NCBI GenBank assembly: GCA_951406725.2
Contig: OX597819.1
Span: forward strand, 100,502,001 to 100,566,000
Reading direction: 5' to 3'
Origin: Octopus vulgaris
Taxonomy: Eukaryota
DNA: 64,000 nt
The notes beneath the pieces were generated by a model that saw only the letters and a list, made by a program, of their open reading frames with translations, made no database searches and was not told where the DNA came from. Positions 13,540 through 26,216 of this stretch are shown one piece after another; the stretch's first letter is position 1; every line of letters begins with the position of its first letter. A program made the position numbers and the translations under genes.

Positions 13540-13910
13540 TAAGAAATATGATTGGTTGAGTGAAGAGTGGTGACTTGAGAAAGCAGATCGCAATATCTGT
13601 CTTCGTGTTAATTGAGCTTGTCATCGGACTGAATATGTTGAAATAGACGCCAGTCATTTATTTCGGTAAAAGGACAAATACGCTGGAGTAAAGAGCGTCA
13701 CCTACCCGCATGCTTCAGCGCATCACCTATCGCAGCAGCAGACATTCGATCGGTGCCCGGATGCAGTGGCGTCGGCTAATTTCATTCATAATGTAATTCT
13801 GTAATATAAGACGTACACAGCCATGATTAATGTAATTTGTCTGATCGCAGGAGAACCCCAGCGACATCAGATCCTATGAAATATAAATGAGATTATTAAG
13901 TATTATTATC
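13540..13910. promoter_or_regulatory. Candidate conserved non-coding/enhancer island
   Basis: High-complexity, non-repetitive-looking island with clustered TAAT sites and TGATTAAT (Hox/Pbx-type) at 13824-13831; function is inferred only. Confidence 0.3.
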
Positions 13911-16044
13911 ATTATTTTTGACATTGTCATTCAGTCTTACTGACATATTAATTTGGATCAAATCCTCTGTCGCTAATTATATAATAGAAATATTTGACGA
14001 AGGTCAAATGTCCGCGATGGTGTCGTTCCAACCGGTTATATTCCTTTCGAAAGTTCAGCCGCCATCTTGGTTAAAAAGAAGTAATCCAATAAACGAATCT
14101 TTGATGTTCGTTTTGACGTGATTCTTTTAGTAATAAAACAGTAAAGAGCAGTAAATTCAACATGGCATCCAACATTTAAACTCTAGAGATATGAATAGAT
14201 ATCATATGAACTGTATTCACGCAACTTCATCTTTTTTTTCTTGACATTTACTATAAATTAATCGTCTGCTGTTATAGATTAAAAAGCAGCCGATACAGAA
14301 TCGTAGATAACTGTTCTTTAATTAGTAAGCAACTTCCTCTAAAAACACTTCTTTAATTTTAGAAAGTAAAGTATAGATAACTGTAAACAAGCCCATGTCT
14401 GTCTGTATCAAGAATTGCTTTGTAAGGTACTGATACTCCAAAATGTTTTAGTAATATTTAATGTCTGTAAAAGAAAATATATACGAGTGTCTAATAACTC
14501 AAAACCAAGACTTGAATAGATGAATGCATATGTTGATTAGTTTAATCAACATCGTTTCATTCTTATAACTATATTTTGAGTAAACTTTATTTGTCTGGTA
14601 TTCTCCAGGTACATATTACAAGAAAGTAAGTAAATCTAATCTGATACAAATTTAAAGCTCACTATACCATAACAGCAAGGGTATATTTCAAATGAAAAAC
14701 CGTGATTAAACCCGTGATACATATGAACGGAATAAAAACTAAATTGTTGCCAGAACTAAAGATAAAATATGAGCAGAAAGTGCATAGGAAGTTACAGTTA
14801 ATAGAACTTTCGCAGACATAGGGAAGAATTTATGACTTTGTTTACTATCATTGAATAATTGATAAGGGAATAGAACATATTACATTTTGTTCACTGCACA
14901 TGAAGTTATCAACTCGAGTAAAGACTGAATTAATTCACCTTATAAGCAATCATTATAAAAAATTGTCTACATCTGCTACGACTGCTTCCGACTGATATTC
15001 CAGCTACAAAGAAACAACGTTTCATTGGTTGCAGTTCACTGGGGTAATTTAATAAAAACATACAAGATGTAGACATGACTGAGCTCATCTTTGAGTCAAT
15101 GCTACGCTGACAGGGGTGATTTAAAGTTAAAGAGCAATAAGGGCTTCTAATTTAAGCAAAAATTGATCTCGGCGGAATTTGACCTCAGAATGTAATTAGC
15201 CGGAACAAAATCGTACAGGCAAACAGCAATCAGTAACAACATAAATCTTTTACAAAGTTCAAATGTTCAAGTTCTTACCGTAAACAGCTTTCAATTTGAA
15301 CGAATTTTTACTATTCATGCAATTTTAAAAAATTCTTTATAGGTATGTAATCCGTGCACAGTTGCATATGTTCAAATGAGCTTTCAGGGTGTTACTTTGC
15401 ATCATACAGGATTAACAAAGAATTACTGTATAAACACTGTGCGTCTAAGTATCTCATAACACGTCACACAACAACGTTTTGGATCTCTGCAGTAATTGAG
15501 TATTTATTTTGCAGTACTCTATAAACTCACTGTTAAGAACTGAAGAACCTATGAAATTGAATATTGTACCCTGACGTCTTCTGGTATCTTTCGTGAAGGT
15601 TCGAACGAATACCTGACACATATATGTACAACTATTCTTATGCTTCTCAGGAAGGAATCGATTATTTTAAAACATTTGGTATAATTGATATTCCAGTCGG
15701 AAAATCTAAGGTTTCTTCTCTATTCTTTCTAAATTTAATTTCCACCTTTTCGTCTTTTCGTCAAACGAAGCAAGATTTAAAATTACTTTTAAAAACAGTT
15801 TTCTCAAAAGCATATTTCAAACTGGGAAATATATTTTCGAGATGACAAATATAAAGTAACCTGTTTCCCTGTTATCACATTTGAAGAAGTTCTACCACAC
15901 AATATAATACGAAATATCCAGCGCTTATCAAATATTCAGAGCCACAAAAGATGTACTTGTACATTTAATCAATAATAAAACTAATAATAATAATAATAAA
16001 TAGAAGAATAAGGATAAGATAAGATTAGGCAAAAGACAACCAAT

Positions 16045-16215
16045 TTCGGGGAGGGAGTAAGTCGATTACGTCGATCACAGCGATCAACTGGTACTTATTT
16101 TATCGATCTCTAAAGGATGAAATGCAAATTCGACCACGGTTGAATTTGAACTAAGAACGCAAAGACGAACAGAAGGCTGCTAAGCAGTTCGGCAGATGTG
16201 CTAAAGATTCTGTCA
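16045..16215 (-). mobile_element. SINE (Nin/Deu-domain-like family), diverged
   Basis: Minus strand …GTTCAAATTCAACCGTGGTCGAATTTGCATTTCATCCTTTAGAGATCGATAAAATAAGTACCAG; same family as 36811-37040. Confidence 0.75.
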
Positions 16216-16379
16216 TGTTGCTAATAATAATATTAATAAGTCTTTCCATATTCTTCCCAAAAGGAAAAGCTGTGGAGAAATTTTAGGACAATACAGAAAC
16301 AAAGGGATGTGGAGTTTAAATAAAAAAATTAAATGTGTTAACAATTGAGACAAAATCAACAAAAATTTTAACAAATTCC

Positions 16380-16759
16380 TCCTATAGTAGAAGAGACGCA
16401 AGACTACCCAGGAAAAATAAAGGAACCATACAGCCCTCAAGCCACTCTCCTCACTAGGAGTAGCACAGCATGTGCTCTTCCCATCTCCTTATTCTTCAGT
16501 CCTCACTCTTTGTAGTCCTTTCACTCTCCTCCACGTACAACCTCCTTCACAATAGGCACCAGTCTGAAGAAAAGTAGCTGCCCAACCCGACCAAACAAAA
16601 ATGGTGAGGCCATTTTTGCCAAGGATTCGGTCGATAGGGGGACACGTCCTACACATAATAGAAGGAGTTCGACATAATTCCACAAGTCAGCAATACTCCA
16701 GAACTGTTCTAGTGCTTGTAGTACGGTTTTGTCAGTATGTACGCATCTCGGGTAGGCAC
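16380..16759 (-). mobile_element. L1/Tx1-like LINE ORF2 3' remnant
   Basis: Minus translation AYPRCVHTDKTVLQALEQFWSIADLWNYVELLL…KEVV looks like a decayed C-terminal CCHC knuckle (CPRC…ETVLHAL..C). Confidence 0.5.
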
Positions 16760-17027
16760 AGCTGACGTCAATATCGTGTCTTCAAAATTTAACTTGAACC
16801 TTCAATGCCTCCTGTCAGCCCAAGAACTCTGCAAAATTATCCATGGATCATGCCACGAAAGTACCCCGGAAGAGACCGGCTAGTTGATTTTCCTCAACGC
16901 TCAGAGTTTCCGAGAGGACGTCGTCGCTATTACCCGCCGCTATCTGTGCACAGAGCGCTATGGTGCTGAATGCATCGAACGAATTGCCTGACCGACAGAA
17001 GGTTGTCTGCGCCTGATGGCACTCAAG

Positions 17028-17066
17028 ATAATAATGATCATCATGATGGTTATGATGATGATGGTA

Positions 17067-17103
<37 letters not shown>

Positions 17104-17164
17104 CGACGACGATAATGATGACAAAGACGATGACGACGACGACGACGATGAAGATGATGATAAT
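17028..17164. repeat. (GAT/GAC)n microsatellite
   Basis: Direct inspection. Confidence 0.9.
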
Positions 17165-17562
17165 CGGAAGTGTAGGCACTATTGTCCGGTCAAATGTGAA
17201 CTGAGGCAAGGTACGACTGTTAGCGATAATACATAGCAGATGTAGGTATTCACCACTTCTGTCCCTCAATTCAGAGATAGCATTCTTTCAGCCCATTTGC
17301 AGGTAAGATAGGCTGACCCGTGCGTCGTCTCATCTCAATATTTCTCAATCTGGAGATCTGGATCAAACCAAACCAAATCTCAGGGGATTTAACTGGCCAG
17401 TCCAACTAGCTATTCACAGTTTTATTGGGCGCGACGGACCTAAAAATTTTAGGCTTCGAGTCGCAGACCCATTGGTATTTCCTGATTAATTTTTGATCCT
17501 GTTACTGCGCTCCACCCAAGTCAGGTTCTTTACTTACCTTAATTGTTACAAATTTAGTTGTT

Positions 17563-17699
17563 GCAGCAGCAGTAGCAGAGGCAGGGACAGCAGGGGCAGC
17601 AGCAGTAGCAGCAGCATGAGCAGCATGAGCAGCATGAGCAGTAGCAGCAACAGCAGCAGCAGCAGCAGTAGTAGCAGCAGTAGTAGTAGCAGTAGTAGT

Positions 17700-17773
<74 letters not shown>

Positions 17774-17786
17774 CAGCAGCAGCAGC
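17563..17786. repeat. (CAG/TAG)n compound microsatellite
   Basis: Direct inspection; explains the poly-S and poly-L ORFs. Confidence 0.9.
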
Positions 17787-17924
17787 TTTGTTACGTTATT
17801 GTTAGGCAAATTCTCTGACCCAGCTTTATATTAGGGTCAAAGTTGAGAGCTAAAGGTTGCGAGAGGTCAGAAATGATGAGAGGCGATTAGGAAAGTAGAT
17901 AAATGGTCACACAGACAAAGACAA

Positions 17925-17955
<31 letters not shown>

Positions 17956-18194
17956 AATGAAACAAAAATAGGATGACATTGTGAAAGAAGAGAATAAGTA
18001 GAAAAGGAAAGACGGAGAACGATCCATTGACACGCAGGGATTAGAGATTAATGCTGTTTCCATGACAACGTCTCATGTTTGACCATCGCTGTGGAAGCAG
18101 ATCGTTTGCTATCAGAAATGAATATGATAGATCGCTCCCACAACTCCTACATCCTCCATTGCTCCCTTGCTTATTTCCTCTTCCTCCAACCCTT

Positions 18195-18364
18195 TCATCA
18201 TCATCATCATCATTATCATCATCATTGTCTTGCTGTTGCTGCTGCTGTTGTTGTTGTTTTTCTTCTTCTTCTTCTTCTTCTTCTTCTTCTTCTTCTTCTT
18301 CTTCTTCTTCTTCTTCTTCTTCTTCTTCTTCTTCTTCTTCTACTCCTTCTTCTTCTTCTTCTTC
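18195..18364. repeat. (CAT)(GCT/GTT)(CTT)n compound microsatellite
   Basis: Direct inspection. Confidence 0.9.
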
Positions 18365-18685
18365 GAATTTTTTCATTAATTTTTTTCTCTTTTCCTTTGT
18401 TTATGTTATTTCTCATATTTTGTTACTCGTCCTTCATTTAATCTCACACCGTATCGTCCCGTACCGTTCTTAATCATTTTCGTCAATCCCTGCAATTAAT
18501 AACAAAAGGGCGTCGGAATAAAATACTCAGCGGGATTTCTTACAGCTATTCACTTTCTTGGTTCAAATTCTGCCGAGATCAATTATTACCGTTGGTCTTT
18601 TGGGGATCGTGAGCATTGGAGACAGTGTAATCGTCTATCTCCTTCCGTAAAACTGCTGGTATTGCGCCAAAATCTCAAACAATCG

Positions 18686-19123
18686 GGTCAAGTCCTCATC
18701 GACTTCCTTTCTCTTAGGTTCCATTTGCAAAGGACAATGAAAGGAAAGAGCGAAGTGTTACCTTCAAGTAAATTTCTAAAAGGAAGAGTGACTGGCAAAA
18801 ATATGGTGAGTGGCCCTTCTCTAAGATTGCTCCTATAGATTGGAGAGGAACGATAGGAACAATAGGAAAAGAGTAAGTGCATTGGTGGTCAGGTTAATCT
18901 TGAATCAGTGTTGTTCCTTAATTGGGCCTTATTGGAATATCTCCTTTACCAGGAAGACTACATCATTCATTTTATCACAAACTTTGTATGCTATCTATGC
19001 TTTTATCGCATTTCCTCGTCCTTTCTATTTCTTCCTCCTCGTCCTTTATGTAAATTACAGCGCAAATTGTTGTCTGTCCTTGGACGTCCCCCGATCTATG
19101 CACCTGTGGGTAATAAAAATTGA

Positions 19124-19126
<3 letters not shown>
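18686..19126 (+). mobile_element. Probable Tx1-like LINE 3' end (ORF2 tail and 3' UTR) running into (ATT)n
   Basis: 18686-18838 translates GQVLIDFLSLRFHLQRTMKGKSEVLPSSKFL…LLL*; the UTR ends TGTGGGTAATAAAAA followed by (ATT)n. Family assignment is from recall. Confidence 0.45.
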
Positions 19127-19193
<67 letters not shown>

Positions 19194-19752
19194 TTTCCTT
19201 CTTTCTTCAAATTTTCTTCCATTTCTCGCCGAGAGTTTTCCGTACACCTAGGGCTCAGAAGATCTTTGTATGCATTCCCAGATTACACATGCAAATTTCA
19301 CAGGTAAAATATGTATTAAAAAAATTAGTAAATAAATAAATTCATGAATGGCTGTTGTTTTCACAGCGATAATGTTCTTCTCAGTACATGAGTCGTTCCA
19401 GTTAACACGATTTTTTGCAATTCCTGTAGGGATGGTAAGCTTGGTATCATTTTCAAATAGGTTTCACTACCTTTTTTTTTATCATTCCTAGAGATCCTAC
19501 AATCACTGGTATTGTAGTCGCCTTGAGATGCCACATTTTTTCAATTTCTATTACCAAGTCTTTATATTTACTGATCTTGTCAAATTCTTTCGCTGCTATA
19601 TTGTGATTGCGAGGAATACTCATGTCAATTAATAAACATACCTTTTTTCTGATCTTTTATGATAACATCAGGTTTATTAGCTTTTATAGTTTTGTCGGTA
19701 TTTAAGGGGAAGTCCCAGAGAATCGATACATTTCTCCCTCAGTCACAGCTTC
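19127..19752 (-). mobile_element. R4/Dong-like non-LTR retrotransposon 3' remnant (restriction-like endonuclease domain)
   Basis: Minus translation with frameshifts: NVSILWDFPLNTDKTIKANKPDVIIKDQK/VCLLIDMSIPRNHNIAAKEFDKISKYKDLVIEIEKMWHLKATTIPVIVGSLGMIKK (PD…D..P…K..KY motif); 3' end abuts (TAA)n. Confidence 0.85.
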
Positions 19753-20416
19753 TATGCTTTCAGTCTTTTGTGACTTCTTCCTGGAAGATATTGACAGCGG
19801 TCAGATCTATTGGAGAACAGGCTTTGTCCAGTTTAAACGAATGTCCAAGGAACGTTTTACGTTAGACTGGCGCTCCAACATTTTAGTTAGCAGTTAAGGG
19901 ACTAATAGTATATATATATGGCAATAAGATTCATGAGGATGTTAGTCATTGTGTAGGCAAAGAACGATACTCTATAATAATACAGGATGTAGATGATAAA
20001 ATCGACGATAAGACTGACAAGGACGAAAAGAGGTAACGAAAAAGATGTATCACCATTAATACTAACATGGTGAAATATCGGATCAAAATTGAAGACGATA
20101 AAATATTAAAAAAAATAAACAAGGGCAAACCGTAGGAGCAGGATCAGCAGAAGGAGTAATAGTGATGACAAAAGCAACAACGACAGCAGCATTTCCAACA
20201 ATAGCAATAACAAGAATATGTGTAACAATAAAGAGGCAACAAAAGAGAAATATTCAGTTGCGATGCTAAGAACTAAATCAACATCACTCTTCATATTGCC
20301 GACAGTGTCACGTACATGGTGTCATATTACAAACTGACATCTCCTGTGCATGCGTGCATGTTTCTCTATACTACTGTGTGTTTCTATGTGTATGGTATCT
20401 GAAAAAAGCCGTGTAA

Positions 20417-20461
<45 letters not shown>

Positions 20462-20511
20462 GATATATATGTATATATCTATATATATGTGTGTGTGTGT
20501 GTGTGTGGATA

Positions 20512-20563
<52 letters not shown>

Positions 20564-20569
20564 CGTATG

Positions 20570-20612
<43 letters not shown>

Positions 20613-20997
20613 ATACATAATACATACTATCATATATACTACTTACATAAAATAATACATACATACACATGCGACGGAGCATTGACAGAAAATTTAGTGC
20701 ATCGGAGAAAAACAACTTGCATTTTACATCGTGAGTTCAAATGCCACCAAGGTCAACCTTCTTTACTTTATCTTGGACACGATAAGCTTAAATAGCAGTC
20801 AAATACTGGGGTCGTTGTAATTGATCATAACACTTCCCTCAACATGACTGGAAATATTTACTTATTACTTATAGTTTTATCATCATCAGTTTAGTGAACC
20901 ACTATTCCGAAGAAAAGTATTTCATGCTCTCTCGAAGAGTTTACAAATTCTTATGACATCAACAGCCAATATGTTTATATACATATATATACACTCA

Positions 20998-21300
<303 letters not shown>

Positions 21301-22403
21301 ATTATATATATATATAATATATATGTGTATAATATATATATTTATATATAAACATACATATATGCACACACATATATATATATGCATATACATACATACA
21401 CATATGTGTGTATGTATGTATGTGTTTGAATATATATATATATACTCATAAAAATTGGAAAATTATTTGTGATACAGTCCCAATATTCCCAATAATAAAA
21501 GATATTCTTAAATTGAAAAAGTTATTGATTTAAAAATCATTAAAACAGATTGCCACAAACCTTATGAAAGGATGTTTTCGTACAATATAGGCGCTCTTCG
21601 CTGGTTTTGAAAGGGTCCAAATCTGAAAGAAAATTTTAAACTAACGTTACGAAGTCAGTACATCTTACAGTAGTATGTTGTGTAGGTATCAGAATATAAT
21701 CCACTTCTGCTCTCAAAATATATTTTCAGACAAACCAAGTACACTAAAGATTTTCACTGTGTCAAACGGGTGGAGCTCTTTAGATATATCAAAAAGAGTG
21801 ACAATTCCCTTGAGTACGTTGGAGGTGAAAATAGACTTTGATAAATATATATTAATTTAATAGGGAAAAACGAGGGTGGGCATCATCAGTTATTCATACT
21901 GACATTGTTAGACAAGATGCAGTATTATGGAGCGATACTGGTGTGAGGTTGGAGTGAATAAGGTTATCCAAAAATACACCCGTTTATAATTGTGTAATGT
22001 TTTACATGTAAACGATAGGGTTGGCTAGGATAAATAATAGCTATGAAAGAGTTTTACCATTATTTATAACTTTATCTGCATCGAATTTCAATGCTCCAAA
22101 AATGAAAAAAAAAACGATGTATTTCACATCCACCGAATAACTTACGATTCACGGTGGTAAAAATAAATAGTTCTTAAAATGGATAGGGGATGTCGCAGAT
22201 TTGCTTTGGTCTAGTTCTACAAGGTCAACCACAGTAGCTGAAGTTGGGTGATCGAGTTCCTCAGACATTTTCATCTTATTCTATGTTTTTTAATCGATAT
22301 TTGCATGCTACTATTCTTAGATTTATCTGCTTCGAATTTTCTTGTTTCAAAAAAGAACAATTCCTAATTCTCTCGGAGTTTTTAAATTCATATAATTTTA
22401 CTA

Positions 22404-22435
<32 letters not shown>

Positions 22436-22455
22436 CTGTGTGTGTGTGAGTGTGT

Positions 22456-22499
<44 letters not shown>

Positions 22500-22829
22500 A
22501 TACACGCAGAACCACGCTAATAGATTAGAAGTGGAATTTGGGATTTCTTGGATTTCTGTGAATCGATTTTGATAAAACTTTTCCCAGCTGATTTGCGTGC
22601 TATGGCAACACCATTGTTATGTTTTCAATATTCTGTGTAACGTCCTTTTAATTTTATTTCAGATTCTTCAGATTTTGGGTGAACCACGCTAATAGCTTTG
22701 AATAAAAATAGCTCATCTAGACATTTTTTTTCAGAAAAAGAAGGATAATGATATATATTAAACATACTTTGAGTATATATTTAACAGGAAGCCATAATGA
22801 TATTATATTTATTGGCATAATGAATTATT

Positions 22830-23620
22830 TAGCCACATGAGCGCCATTTCGACGGATAACTTCAAAACCCCTTTAGCCATGTAATCTGAATTTCTTTAGA
22901 GTAGCAGGTTGGTCTGCCTCTGTTGCAGCTTTCACGGTCGCCCATAAGACATCTTTCGATGTAAATTGGTGTCCCTCGGTATAAACATCTTGTTGAATGA
23001 TGGACCAAAAGTTTTAAATAAGGTTGAGATCCGAAGATGTTAGTGACTACACCATCAATATTACACCTTGTATGCCGTGAGACCTACGAATGTTTGGGTG
23101 GTCCTAGCAGAGTCGGAGGGAGAATTGTCATGCATGAATACGAGATACCTTAGTAGTGACAGCAGTATGTCATCTAGCCAGTGATTCAAGACCTCATTCA
23201 CTAGCTTGCAGTAAGCGGCTACGGCCAATTTTGCCTCTTCATGCACCCAGACTGGGTCAACAAGTCTGTCCCCAAAGATGCCAGCCCACAATATGATTCC
23301 TTTACCCTGTTGTTGACGTCGTAAACGTTGGTGACGCTAAACTCAGTCGCTCAGATGCTCATCTCCCTGTCGCCCTGGTTTCATCAGTGAGCAGAACACA
23401 ATTCAAGACTAATGACATGTACTTTTGGGCCAATTGAAGCCTTAACCTCCTGTAAGCAAGCAGTTTCAAGGGTTCTCGAGTAGAAGCCATGGTCCTGAAT
23501 ATGGGATTTCTTGTGGTTTTCGGTACATAAGGAAGTTCAGAAGCGATAAAAATGGCTCTGTTTGTCCAGTTTTTCCACGTAGCTTGCAGTCAATATTCAT
23601 TTAATCTTTAACTGTCACAG
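22830..23620 (-). pseudogene. Decayed Tc1-superfamily transposase, TRT/DD37E-like
   Basis: Minus-strand motifs VLLTDETRAT, RLRRQQQGKGIILWAGI, FMHDNSPS, SSDLNLI*NFWSIIQQDVY, with stops and frameshifts. Confidence 0.85.
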
Positions 23621-23717
23621 ACTTGGAGGTCCCACAATCGTATCGTTTCTTCCTTGACGCTCATGTAGCTAAATAATTCATTATATCAATAGCTTATTAA
23701 AATATTTTGGTTTTCTG

Positions 23718-23776
<59 letters not shown>

Positions 23777-23777
<1 letters not shown>

Positions 23778-23967
23778 CCCCTACACGCAAATTTTTTTCT
23801 CTCCTTGTTTCTCTTCTTGTTTCTTTTCAGTGTATCTTTCTGTCGAAGAGCGTAGGCCCGAAATGTAAAAGACTTGTTTTATTTCTATTCCTGAGCGCCA
23901 TACTAATACATTGTTTGTTTGTACTCCACCTGCCTTCGTTTTTTTTTTATTTTCGTAAACCTTCCAG

Positions 23968-23969
<2 letters not shown>
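23777..23969 (+). mobile_element. ~190-bp HHR-bearing element in (TA)n (subfamily with CTGTCGA core)
   Basis: HHR-like at 23835-23872: TCTTT CTGTCGA A GAGC-GTAG-GCCC GAAAT GTA AAAGA; paralogues at 27106-27300 and 43708-43898. Confidence 0.8.
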
Positions 23970-24002
<33 letters not shown>

Positions 24003-24088
24003 TATATGCGTAATATGTATCGTCACCCTGCATTTTCTTTTTTAAAAATTGTCCACATAGGCACAAGCGTGGCTGTGTAGTAAGTAGC

Positions 24089-24212
24089 TTGACTCAGAGA
24101 TAAGTACATATAACGGAATAGCTATTTTGCTCTTGTGTTATATATATATATATATATATATAACACAAGAGCAAAAAACCTGTTCCATTATATGTACTTA
24201 TCTCTGAGTCAA
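24089..24212. repeat. Inverted repeat centred on (TA)n, abutting a truncated SINE head
   Basis: TTGACTCAGAGATAAGTACATATAA…GCTCTTGTGT (TA)n ACACAAGAGC…TTATATGTACTTATCTCTGAGTCAA. Confidence 0.85.
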
Positions 24213-24285
24213 AAATAATTACCAATTATATAATTCATTATATCATCAGACGAGATATATACCTTTATGTATGTATGTATGTATG

Positions 24286-24319
<34 letters not shown>

Positions 24320-26029
24320 TGTATGTATGTATGTATGTATGTATGTATGTATGTATGTATGTATCTATGTATATGGATTTGAAAACATAGTCTGAGTGGA
24401 GGGAATTACTGGTAAATATTTCATCGATAGTTCAAAATAGTAAGTTACATAAATGGTTTTTGAAATTAGATGATAAAGGGACGTAAATTAATAGCATAAT
24501 GCATTCGGAATGATACTCTACCATTTCTTGAAGTGTACCAGTCCTTTGTGATTAAGAATATGAGTGTTGTTATGCGCCGTGTGCATATAGAGTGTCACTC
24601 ATTGCCTCACACACACACACTCACGCCCACACACACACAGATAGATGTTTAGTGGATATGGAAACGCATATGTACATATCTACGATTATACACATATAGA
24701 AATGTAAATACATACATATCGACCTTGAAAGGAATATGAATATATACTTCCAGTATGAGAGGTAAAAAAAAAAAGCTCTGTGTTGTCATAAAACACCCTA
24801 TGTATCAGCCAGCAACACTACGAGCAGTGATTATTAATACCAGCTCATTAAGGAACGGTAACACAATATTCAATTAAACACACTTTCTATAATTATAAGT
24901 GCAGATGCATCTTTTTGCATCATGCACCCTATTTAACATTTAAATTTTTATTTTAAATTTAATTACATCACTGCAGCTGTTGTTGCTGATTTTCATGCAT
25001 TTTCTTTTTTTTTTTTTGTTCATAATGTCGTTGGAAATGCTTTATTTTTATACATCTGCTTCTTTTTTTCTTTCTAACTTTTCGCACTGCTTTCTAAATT
25101 CAGTTTGAAAATAATTGTTTAGAATTTAGTCAGTGGCAAGTGTTAAGTTATTCTAATGACTTTTAGTTGCGTGTAAACCAAAGCTGTGACTGAAGACTTT
25201 GGTAGAGCTGTTGCGTCATAAAAAAAAAACAGTTATCGATCCAAGGTATTGTTTTTGTTGATTTCCACACACAAGAATACCTGGCTTAATCATGTGCCTA
25301 TTCAATTCATAGACCCTGCGCGGGAGATTTGATACATATACATATATCAACATAGTACTTGTTACGTACTGAGGGTAAACTTTTCATTTTGTTTCCATTT
25401 CCTTCAATGTCTCTCGCATGAGAAGAAATCGAATGTAGACTGACTTGGAAAGGTAAGAACCCCATCAAGTCTCAAAAAATACCGTAGACCCAAGCACGAT
25501 GCACAAACATTCACACATACATGCACATGCATGACTACACACACACACACACACACATGCTCACACCTATAAGAAACGTAAATGTTTCATGTATTTGAAT
25601 AACAAAGGGAAGATGACTACGGGGATATTAAATTCTTAATTGATTCAGTTTTTCACCGCTTCGACAGAGGATGCATTAATTGCATCACATCAATGGGTCT
25701 GATTCTCAAATTTAATAGCACTCCAAGGACGAAATATATATGCAGTTGATTGATCATCAAAATCACCATAGTAATTATAAACTTAAACATACTGGCCTAT
25801 CGCGGTCATAAGTGGGTCGAATAACTAGTTAAAGTATACACACTCTGCAATTTGCATGATTCCAAATATTTCTTGGACGTTGCATTGCTTGTATTTTCAA
25901 ACACATCCCGATAAAATATATCTATTTGAATGTTTGTAAGGCCCTCTATCTCTCTTTCTGTCTTTTCCTCTCTCTATCTCTCTCTCTATGTATCTCCATA
26001 CATACGTGTACGCATATATATTTATATAA

Positions 26030-26205
26030 AGTTAATCCAAACATGAAAACACAAAGAGAAATCACAACAACGTGAGGACGTGGAAGAAATATAGTATTAT
26101 TGGACGCTCAGGAAAGAAGGAGGGTTTTACGTTTCGAGCGGAGCTCTTCGTCAGAAACATAGGAAAAGGAAAGATCCAGAGAAGGGAAGACGGAGGAAAA
26201 AAAAA
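26030..26205 (-). mobile_element. ~180-bp HHR-bearing element in (TA)n
   Basis: Paralogue at 60112-60316(+); shares CCTGAGCG.CA and the overall layout with the 23777 subfamily. Confidence 0.8.
26124..26158 (-). ncRNA. Minimal type I hammerhead ribozyme, intact core
   Basis: GTTT CTGACGA A GAGC-TCC-GCTC GAAAC GTA AAAC: stem I GTTT/AAAC, both core boxes, palindromic ACGT in place of stem III, GUA cleavage triplet. Confidence 0.8.
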
Positions 26206-26216
26206 ATATATATATA

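Noticed and set aside
16970-17236. Acidic poly-D protein exon
   Set aside because: It is a (GAT/GAC)n tract like many others in the window, with no supporting splice or domain evidence.
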